DNA from: Candidatus Latescibacterota bacterium
GTDB lineage: Bacteria > Latescibacterota > UBA2968 > GCA-2709665
Assembly (NCBI GenBank): GCA_965116875.1
Contig: OZ220733.1
Coordinates: 2,624,001 to 2,688,000 of the forward strand
DNA length: 64,000 nucleotides
Direction: 5' to 3'
Translations under genes and position numbers: made by a program
The notes under the pieces: generated by a model
Databases searched by the model: none
Told to the model about the DNA's origin: nothing
Seen by the model: only the letters and a program-made list of their open reading frames with translations
Part shown: positions 56,373 through 64,000 of the stretch, in pieces
How the letters are laid out: every line of letters begins with the position of its first letter
Numbering within the stretch: position 1 is the first letter of the stretch

Positions 56373-57956
56373 TCAATAGAGAACGACCACTTCCACGTCC
56401 GTCAGGACGAGGTCGCACGTCAACTGCGGATGGCGTTCAACCAGGCCGACGTTGACGACGTGCTTCCCCCGGGAGATTTCCGTGGATCGCAGCGGGAAAC
56501 ACAGCCACACCGCGCGGCTCACGTCGGAAATACGGCGGATGCCGGGCGGAGGCTGGAAGGCGCCGCCCGGAGGATTGGTGTTGTCCATGACGCAGTAGCG
56601 GACTTCAGGGTCTTCCAGCTCCCGGCCGTCCAGGCATACCCGAACGCGATCGCCGTCCACCCACTGGTCGAGGCGGACGCGGAGTTCCAGGTGCGACGGG
56701 CCATCGCCCCCCACGTCGTCGGCAATGTCCAGCGTGATGGCCGGCATTTCGCCCGTCATCGTATTCTTGAGGGCAACCGGCACCTCCCCCAGGATCCGGT
56801 CGATGCGGTAGGCGCCGCGCCAGGGTCCTTCCTTCTGAATGAACCGGTGTGTGGCCGCATAGACCTTATCGGTGCGGCGGAGCGTTTCGGGCGATGCGAT
56901 CTGCGAGAGCAACTCCCGTTTCATGTCCCGGTTGGCGTGCCAGTTGAACACGTAGATGCCGTCGGCGCCGGCGCGATGGTAGCGGGAGGCAATCGCCCGG
57001 GTGCGCATTCGATCCTTGACTTCAGGCGCTTCCGGGCCCACGAACGGGTCCGGCAGTCCGCTGTCGAATCCCGCGTAGACGGCGATCCCCCTGTCGCGGC
57101 ACATCTCCACGAACGGGGCCACCTCCAGAGACGCATCGGTTACGGCGCCCCCTCCCAGAATCAGGACGTCCACCAGTCCCTCTTCGATCCACACGGGGAT
57201 ATCGTAGCCGATGCGGCGGCACATTTCCTGAGAGCCTGCCACGCGCACCGCCAGATAGAATGGCCTGCCGCGCCGCTTGGCAACGTCGTCCGTTAACTGC
57301 CGGACCCGCCGCTGGAGGTCGGTAAGCACGTACCGCAGCCGGTAGGCCTCGTCCTCGGGAAGGTGAAACGCGTGACGCTGCCAGTCCAGTTCCACGCCGT
57401 CCCAGTCGTACCGCCGGACGACCTCCTCGATATGGGTATACCGGTGCTCGCGGACTTCGGGGACAGCCATATTCCACGAGAGCGCGAACCACTCCGACGT
57501 CCGCTCGCCCAGCACCCACTCCGGGTGCTCCCGCCGCATCTGGGTCAGTTCGCTGTGGTGAAGCGTTGGGAGGTCTGCCACCTGCGCCCCGTCGAAGTGG
57601 TTGTCGTTCATGCGCACGGATGCGTAGACGGCCATGCCCCGGGCGCGGCCGTGTTCGATCAGCGAGACGTGCGGGTCCTCTCCCCGCTCGAGCATCAGGC
57701 GGATGTTTTCGGTGTGGGTATACGCCGAGACGTTCTCGTACCTTCGCCCGTGAACGTCGCCCAGCATTTCGAGCGCGGAATCCGGCCAGCGGGCGGCGTG
57801 CTCGCCGATGCACCAGAACAACGCCCCCACCTGCGTTTCCTCGATTGGCGCGTAGGCCTTCTCGAGAAACGCTTCCATGGACTGGGGCACTGGGGAATAG
57901 CCGTGGGGCGCCCCGTCCCAGTTGTAGATGATCCCGTAGTCAAAGGGTCCGGACAT
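56373..57956 (-). CDS. GHL10/DUF187-like glycoside hydrolase, paralog 3
   Basis: IYNWDG, SVRMNDNH, HPEW, PEVRE, DGVELDWQR, GADGIYVFNW. Confidence 0.75.
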   Translation of the reverse strand: MSGPFDYGIIYNWDGAPHGYSPVPQSMEAFLEKAYAPIEETQVGALFWCIGEHAARWPDSALEMLGDVHGRRYENVSAYTHTENIRLMLERGEDPHVSLIEHGRARGMAVYASVRMNDNHFDGAQVADLPTLHHSELTQMRREHPEWVLGERTSEWFALSWNMAVPEVREHRYTHIEEVVRRYDWDGVELDWQRHAFHLPEDEAYRLRYVLTDLQRRVRQLTDDVAKRRGRPFYLAVRVAGSQEMCRRIGYDIPVWIEEGLVDVLILGGGAVTDASLEVAPFVEMCRDRGIAVYAGFDSGLPDPFVGPEAPEVKDRMRTRAIASRYHRAGADGIYVFNWHANRDMKRELLSQIASPETLRRTDKVYAATHRFIQKEGPWRGAYRIDRILGEVPVALKNTMTGEMPAITLDIADDVGGDGPSHLELRVRLDQWVDGDRVRVCLDGRELEDPEVRYCVMDNTNPPGGAFQPPPGIRRISDVSRAVWLCFPLRSTEISRGKHVVNVGLVERHPQLTCDLVLTDVEVVVLY

Positions 57957-58258
57957 CGATACCTCCTGTTGAAGTGTCCTGCTCCCGGGAAATCTTTTCA
58001 TTCGGGCAACCAGCCTATACGATCAAATCGCAGCGAACGTTTCCGGTACCAATTTGCGATTGACATTACATCGCGTCCCTCTATTTTACGGGCGAATTCA
58101 CACCTTTCAAACATCAGTTTCTGACGCTGACGGCAGTGAACTTGTCAACTGCATGAGCCCCGCAGTATTCGTCACCAGCTTGCGGTTGTTCTGCACTGTT
58201 TAACTCATTTTGTGCTTTTTGTGCTTTTTGTGGCAATTGTTCCACTCAACCCGCTCTT

Positions 58259-59041
58259 ATGAAATCCGCATTCTGCACCAACGCATTCGGCAACGAACAG
58301 GCCGATCAGGAAAAGGCCATCCCCTACCTGGCTGAACTGGGTTACGACGGCATCGAGCTCTGGCAGCAGTACCTCTGCCAGGCGGACCTGGCATGGGTCC
58401 GCTCGATCGCAGCCGGACACGGCCTCGAAATCGTGCAGATCTGCCCCTACTTCGACTTCACCACCAGCCAGGCCACCTGGGACCAGAGCATCCGGGATGC
58501 CGAGACCTTTATCGAATACGCGGTCGCGCTCGACTGTCCCTTCATCCGCACCTACACCGGCAACGTGGGGAGCGCGGACGCCACCGCAGGGCAATGGGAC
58601 GCCTGCGTCCGGGGCCTGCGGAGAATCTGTGAAATGGGCGCCGCGTACAATATCGTCTTCCCCTTGGAAACACACCAGGTGATTCACCATGGGCCCAACC
58701 TGACGGATACCAGCCCGAGCACGTTGAAACTGCTCGACGACGTGGGCATGGAGAACCTGACGGTCAATCTCCAGACGCCTCTCGTCGGCGAATCCGTCTT
58801 CCATACCGTCGAGCAGCTCGGGGAACGCGTTGTCCACCTGCACGCCCACAACTGGGTGGGCGGCTGGCCGGAACTCACGTTTCTGGACGCCGGCGACGTG
58901 GATTTCACCGCGTTCGTCCGGCGCCTGCAACACAAGGGCTTCGACGGCTATATTTCGATCGAACACGGCAGCCATCATCCGCCGTACGAGACGGCTGCGC
59001 ACGAAATCGCATACCTGAAGCAACTCATCGAAGGACAATAG
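58259..59041 (+). CDS. Sugar phosphate isomerase/epimerase (TIM barrel)
   Basis: GYDGIELW, LETH, HLHAHN, FDGYISIE. Confidence 0.85.
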   Translation: MKSAFCTNAFGNEQADQEKAIPYLAELGYDGIELWQQYLCQADLAWVRSIAAGHGLEIVQICPYFDFTTSQATWDQSIRDAETFIEYAVALDCPFIRTYTGNVGSADATAGQWDACVRGLRRICEMGAAYNIVFPLETHQVIHHGPNLTDTSPSTLKLLDDVGMENLTVNLQTPLVGESVFHTVEQLGERVVHLHAHNWVGGWPELTFLDAGDVDFTAFVRRLQHKGFDGYISIEHGSHHPPYETAAHEIAYLKQLIEGQ

Positions 59042-59095
59042 CCCGCAGCCTGAAGCAGCCGGTCAAAGGCGTTGTCCCGGCTCAGGAGACAGATA

Positions 59096-59259
59096 AGAAG
59101 CTGTTTTAAAATAACCGGCGAGTTCCCGAGCGCGAGCGAAAAAGCGGCGGTCAAGGCGGGAGAACCCGCCCATATTTGTCTATACGGGTGGGTTTGACCA
59201 ACGCCGACCCCCGCTTTTGCAGCCGCGCGAAGACCGCTGGGGATTTTAAGACAGCTTCT
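59096..59259 (-). mobile_element. MITE family 2, copy 2 (164 bp, 17-bp TIRs)
   Basis: AGAAGCTGTTTTAAAAT...ATTTTAAGACAGCTTCT (16/17 complementary); internal sequence is the reverse complement of 32922-33085. Confidence 0.85.
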
Positions 59260-59287
59260 AAGGTCGAGTCGACGATCGGAGTCCGCC

Positions 59288-62200
59288 ATGCCGCAGCGGA
59301 GAATGCCCCTGAAGAACCTCAGCCAACCCAAACCGCGATACCCGGACACCGTCCTTGTCGAACAGGGGCGCGCCGCGTCCGCCATCGTACGACCGTCGGA
59401 CGACAGGTACGTCGCCGTTGCCGAGGCCATTCGCAGGAAAGTCCGGGACCTTTCGGGCGCCGATCTGCCCATTCTTGACCACAACGCCGCCGTGAGGACG
59501 CCCCGACGAAACCTCATCCTTCTGGGCAATCTGAACAACAACAGGGCGGTCTTCCGGCTCTACGGGTACAGCTACACCCCGGCGGACGACCACTTCCCCG
59601 GCGCCGGCGGCCATCTTCTCCACACAATCCACGATCCCTGGGGCAATGGCAGAAACGCCGTCGGGGTTTTCGGCAGCGATCTGTCCGGGGTCGAAACCGC
59701 CGCCGGCCTGCTGCTCGAGCGCCTGGAATCGGGAGCGACCCTTGCTCCCGGCCCCATGTTCGACGTCAGGTACGGCGCGGATGCCCGGAAAGACGCCGGA
59801 ATTCCAAAAGAACCGGACCCGGACGCCGAAATGGCGGAAGCGGAAGAGGACCTCGCGCGTGGTTCCCATACCGGCCTGTGGAGCAGGATCGGACAACGGG
59901 GCCTGCTCTACGGGCTCACCGGGAAAGACGTCTACGCCGAAATCTACAAACGACTGGTCTACCGGATGTACGACCACGTCCTGTCCGATCCGGACAATTA
60001 CGGCAGCGTATGGGGTTTTGACGCGGACTTCGCGCTGCAGTACGTCATGCCCGGGTGGGACCTCGTGGAAGAAAGTCCCGCGATCTCCACCGACGACCGC
60101 CTGCGGATCACACGTATCCTGTTTGAATTCATCTCGGATTGCGTATCTCACGTGGGTGACGTCGAGAACGATCGCGTCCGCCACAACCACGCGACCTACG
60201 CCGCGCTGGGCCTTCACTATGCCGGCGCCTATTTCAAGAAATATTACAGGGCTACGCAGGCCTACCGCTGGCTGGCTCTGTCGGAAAAATGCTTCAGGGT
60301 GCAGGTCAACGCGTTCAAGCCGTACGAGGACTGCGGGCACTACCATTGGCGCACCCATTTCCACGCGATGCGCTACACGCTCAGCACGGGCGACATGACG
60401 TTTTTCGATACGGGAAATGCGAGGCGCGCCGGCGACTACGCCATCCTGACAACGGACAATCTGGGCTGCGCCGTGCCCAATGGAGACACGGCCTCCCCGT
60501 TCGGCACATGGACCGAAATGCCCTACCTGCGAGCCATGGTCTGCGTGACGGGAGACGGCCGCTACCAGTGGATGCTCGACAAGAAGAAGGCCATGGCGCC
60601 GCGCCCGCACCCGTACGAACACAGCCGCGACGTGGAGCCCGTCGAGCCCACCGACCTGGAGGGGGCGCAGGTCTATCCGGTAGATCCCGGATATTACGAT
60701 TCAACGAACGGCAGCGACCACCTGCCGCTGGACAGGACCTTCGACAAGGTCGTCTTCCGGGACGGGTTCGCGCCTGAAAACCAGTATCTGTTTCTCGACG
60801 GGCTGTCCAACGGCGGTCACAAGCATTACGACGGCAACTCGATCTGCCGCCTCACCCAGAACCGCCGCATCTGGCTGGCCGACTGCGACTACATCAAATC
60901 GCTGCCCAAGTTCCACAACGGCGTCCTGATCTTCAAGGACGGGCAATCCGCCGAAATCCCTCCCTTCGTGGAACTGGAGCGGTTTGCCGCCAACCGGGAT
61001 ACCGGGTTCTCCCGGACGACCCTTCGTTCCTACAGCGGCGTGGACTGGCGCCGCAACATCCTCTGGAACCGGGGGGCCTTCTTCCTGGTCATTGACGAGA
61101 TGGAGGCCCTGGGAGAAGCCGAATACAGCTTCCGCGCCGTCTGGCAGACGCTGGGCGACGTGAAGCTCGACAGGGGCGGCCTGGCGGTGGAACAGAACGG
61201 CGAACGATTCTTCATCCACGGCCTGCCGGGGCCCGGACTCAGGCTCGAGGACGATCCGGTTACCGGCAGGAACTGGGACCGGTACGAACACGCCGAACCG
61301 ATCGTGCGCATCCTCCAGCAGATTGCCAACGTGCGCCTCGGGGAAGGGGAGGCATACCGGTTCTTCAACCTGCTTTATTGCGGCCCGTTGAGACTTGAGA
61401 TGTCGCAGATCGCAGAGAACGCCGTGCGCATTGACGGCGGTCCGGAAACCGTTTTCGCGGGTGTCGGACAGACCCGGGCCGCTACGGTGCTGCCTTCCGG
61501 CCCCCGGGTCGCTGCCGCCCAATTTCAAATATCGCCGCTTGCTCTTGCCATTGTCGACGGCACGGAAGTGTCGTGGGAAGACACGGTGTTCAGGAGCGAT
61601 CGTCCCGTGTCTCTCGAATACGACCTGTCGGCTTCGCGGGGCGCCGTCGCCGCCTCCGGTCCGGCGGAGATCACGCTGTCCGCCGGAAGCGGGACGGTGG
61701 TGGAAGTGGACGGCCGGCCGGTCGATGCCGGCGTTTCCGGCGGCGCCGTCACGTTTCGTGTGCCCGGAGGCAGGCACGACGTCGCGTTGATCCCCCCTGC
61801 CCTCGCGGGAATTCGCCGCGCCGAAGGCGGAACGACCGCAACCGTTTTCGTGCCCCGCTTCCGGACTCCGCGCGGGAGGGGCCGTATTCCGTCCCTGCAA
61901 GCCGTCTGGTCTCACAGGGAGGACAACGCCCTGCTGTCCCTGCAGGCCGCGGACCTGGACCGCGACGGCAGGGATGAAGTCATTGCTGGCGGCCGCACCG
62001 GGGCCATCCACGCATACAGGGACGGAAGCCCGCTCTGGCGGCATCCCACGGGCGGCGCCGTGAGGTCCGTCTGCGCCGCGGACCTTGAAAACGACGGCCG
62101 GCCGGAGATCATCGCCGGTTCGGAAGACGAACACGTATATGTTCTGAATGCAGCGGGCGATCTCGAGTGGGACTTCAAGATTCCGTTTTACTTCCAGGAA

Positions 62201-62974
62201 CCCGTCGTGCGTTCCGTCTTCACCGGCGACATCAACGGCGACGGACGCCTCGAGGTCATCGCCGCCGTGGAGTCCTGGCGCTATTACGCCTTCAGCCACG
62301 ACGGGCAGGAGCTCTGGCACCAGATGACCGTTCGCCCCTCCTCCACGGGCTGCGCCGCGGACCTGGACGGCGACGGTCGTGCCGAGGTTATCGCCGGAAC
62401 GGACTACCACCGCTGGCACTGCATTGACGGGAACGGAGATATCCGGTGGTCCTACCATCCCGCCACGGGCCCCCGCGCCAACAGCGCCGCGGCCGGCGAC
62501 GTCAACGGCGACGGGCTGAAGGAAGTTGCCTTCGCCGGCGCCGACACCCACGTCCACCTTCTCAACGCGGAGGGGGTCCTGCTCTCGCGATTCAACACCG
62601 GAGATGAAGTCACCCGTGTGCTTATGGCCGACGTGGACGGCGACGGGGTGGATGAAATCGTCGCCTCTTCCATGAGCTTCAACGTATACGTCGTCAGGGG
62701 CGACGGCAAGACATTACACTGGCGAACCGACCTCGGCGAAGTCGTCTGCTGCATCGCCGCCGCGGATTTCGACGGCGACGGGAAGCTTGAAATCGCCGCG
62801 GGCGTGGAGGATGGAACCGTGTACCTCCTGGCCAACGCGGACGGCCGTCCTCTGGGCCGTTTTCAGGCCGGCGGACCTGTTCTGGACATCGTCCCCGCGG
62901 ACGTCGACGGGGACGGCATTCCGGAAATCGTGGCCTGTTCGGAGGACGGCTTTCTTCACGCATTGAAAGCTTGA
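59288..62974 (+). CDS. Heparinase II/III-like lyase fused to a C-terminal FG-GAP/VCBS propeller
   Basis: HNH, VPNGD, GHKHYDGNSI, HNGV; seven or more DxDGDGxxE repeats. Confidence 0.75.
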   Translation: MPQRRMPLKNLSQPKPRYPDTVLVEQGRAASAIVRPSDDRYVAVAEAIRRKVRDLSGADLPILDHNAAVRTPRRNLILLGNLNNNRAVFRLYGYSYTPADDHFPGAGGHLLHTIHDPWGNGRNAVGVFGSDLSGVETAAGLLLERLESGATLAPGPMFDVRYGADARKDAGIPKEPDPDAEMAEAEEDLARGSHTGLWSRIGQRGLLYGLTGKDVYAEIYKRLVYRMYDHVLSDPDNYGSVWGFDADFALQYVMPGWDLVEESPAISTDDRLRITRILFEFISDCVSHVGDVENDRVRHNHATYAALGLHYAGAYFKKYYRATQAYRWLALSEKCFRVQVNAFKPYEDCGHYHWRTHFHAMRYTLSTGDMTFFDTGNARRAGDYAILTTDNLGCAVPNGDTASPFGTWTEMPYLRAMVCVTGDGRYQWMLDKKKAMAPRPHPYEHSRDVEPVEPTDLEGAQVYPVDPGYYDSTNGSDHLPLDRTFDKVVFRDGFAPENQYLFLDGLSNGGHKHYDGNSICRLTQNRRIWLADCDYIKSLPKFHNGVLIFKDGQSAEIPPFVELERFAANRDTGFSRTTLRSYSGVDWRRNILWNRGAFFLVIDEMEALGEAEYSFRAVWQTLGDVKLDRGGLAVEQNGERFFIHGLPGPGLRLEDDPVTGRNWDRYEHAEPIVRILQQIANVRLGEGEAYRFFNLLYCGPLRLEMSQIAENAVRIDGGPETVFAGVGQTRAATVLPSGPRVAAAQFQISPLALAIVDGTEVSWEDTVFRSDRPVSLEYDLSASRGAVAASGPAEITLSAGSGTVVEVDGRPVDAGVSGGAVTFRVPGGRHDVALIPPALAGIRRAEGGTTATVFVPRFRTPRGRGRIPSLQAVWSHREDNALLSLQAADLDRDGRDEVIAGGRTGAIHAYRDGSPLWRHPTGGAVRSVCAADLENDGRPEIIAGSEDEHVYVLNAAGDLEWDFKIPFYFQEPVVRSVFTGDINGDGRLEVIAAVESWRYYAFSHDGQELWHQMTVRPSSTGCAADLDGDGRAEVIAGTDYHRWHCIDGNGDIRWSYHPATGPRANSAAAGDVNGDGLKEVAFAGADTHVHLLNAEGVLLSRFNTGDEVTRVLMADVDGDGVDEIVASSMSFNVYVVRGDGKTLHWRTDLGEVVCCIAAADFDGDGKLEIAAGVEDGTVYLLANADGRPLGRFQAGGPVLDIVPADVDGDGIPEIVACSEDGFLHALKA

Positions 62975-63048
62975 TTTGGCCACAAAAAGCACAGAAGGTA
63001 TCGGTGTGAAACGAAGAAAGCGGAGGTTTGAGTACAGTTCCCGCCGAC

Positions 63049-63714
63049 TCATTCCTCGTTCAGGAGATCCCCAATCCTCTCCTCCAGGTGGTCCGTCCGA
63101 CCAAACGAGACGTCCCTTAAGATTCCCTTGCGGTCGACCAGGATGGTGGACGGGGTTCCGCGCAGCGCGAATTTCTCAAACGTCTCAGCCGAATATTCCT
63201 TCGACCTCAGATAGTCCTTCACTCTCTGTATGATCTCCACTCTGTCATTCTCGGGCCGAGAGTCGAAGTCGGGTATCTGTGGATAGATGAGGTCCATGAT
63301 CGCATCGCGGCCGGGTTCGCCGGACGTCCTCGTCAGTTTGTCCATACCGAGCGGGAACGGGATTTCATAGGGCAGCCGGTTTCCTTCCCGCAACTGTCCG
63401 CTCATCGCAAGCGCCTTCCTGGTTTCCCCGATCACCCGACCCGTCTCGGCAAGGAGCCTCAGGTTCTCGAGCGTATTCCTGTCAAAGTCCTCGAAGGCGG
63501 TGGCCAGTCCGATCACGCGCACCCCGGCATCCCTGTATTTATCGTACATGCGTATCGCCTCGGGAATGGCATATATGAAGCATCCGGGACAATTGACCTG
63601 GAAGACTTCCAGCACCACGACGTGATCCCGCTCCCTGTCGAAGTTGGTCGGGCCGCCCTGCACCCAGTTCGAGACGCCGAAGTTGGGCGCCATCTGTCCG
63701 ATCTCTACTGACAT
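63049..63714 (-). CDS. Thioredoxin-fold redoxin (TlpA/AhpC-like)
   Basis: FQVNCPGC (CxxC), GTPSTILVDRKG. Confidence 0.85.
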   Translation of the reverse strand: MSVEIGQMAPNFGVSNWVQGGPTNFDRERDHVVVLEVFQVNCPGCFIYAIPEAIRMYDKYRDAGVRVIGLATAFEDFDRNTLENLRLLAETGRVIGETRKALAMSGQLREGNRLPYEIPFPLGMDKLTRTSGEPGRDAIMDLIYPQIPDFDSRPENDRVEIIQRVKDYLRSKEYSAETFEKFALRGTPSTILVDRKGILRDVSFGRTDHLEERIGDLLNEE

Positions 63715-63836
63715 TCTTCCGGATTCCTTTCGCCCTCGGGTGTGTGGTCGCGAAGTATATTGAATGGGACAACCGCGTGGATCTGCGTCGCTTCCGCGCT
63801 TTGTTGTTTTCGTTCTCCCGTACCGTCGATGCGTAG

Positions 63837-63861
63837 GTAGGGGCGACCCTTGTGGTCGCCC
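63837..63861 (+). repeat. Dispersed REP variant B
   Basis: GTAGGGGCGACCCTTGTGGTCGCCC. Confidence 0.85.
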
Positions 63862-64000
63862 GCCTCATGACGTTCGCGATCGAACCGGTTAAGAACCCGC
63901 TTGCGCAGGCTGCCGCCAGGCGTGAATATTACACAATACATCGCGAGTTGAAAAACCGGATCTGTCGCGCCCATGGCGCAACCATCGCACGCTCCGATTC

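Overview
GC-rich bacterial chromosome segment. A C-terminal paired EF-hand/dockerin-like domain and many heparinase/GHL10/FG-GAP genes suggest Latescibacterota or a similar uncultured lineage; this is inference only. (1) About 0.36-16.6 kb is a co-oriented (+ strand) defence/toxin island: Phd-VapC TA, MNT plus a truncated HepT, a Fic gene inside ~90-100 bp direct repeats, an MmeI/YeeA-type RM enzyme, an ApeA-like HEPN protein, a 1369-aa STAND/NACHT NTPase with a C-terminal PD-(D/E)xK nuclease, a DUF6978-DUF1828/1829 pair, an AAA-DUF4143 ATPase, and a REP-associated tyrosine transposase (RAYT) inside a mosaic GTAG-REP array, one module of which recurs near the left end. (2) About 16.7-27 kb holds sugar-acid catabolism and envelope genes. 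(3) About 27-49 kb is mostly housekeeping: gltB, ferredoxin, HEPN-fused sulfite/nitrite reductase, moaA, purA, serA, engB, clpX, clpP, tig, and a tetraether-lipid-synthase (Tes/MJ0619)-like radical SAM enzyme. (4) About 49-63 kb is a glycan-degradation cluster. Intergenic regions carry two MITE families and several other repeat families. No rRNA, tRNA, CRISPR array or integrase was seen. All family assignments come from motif recognition, not database searches.
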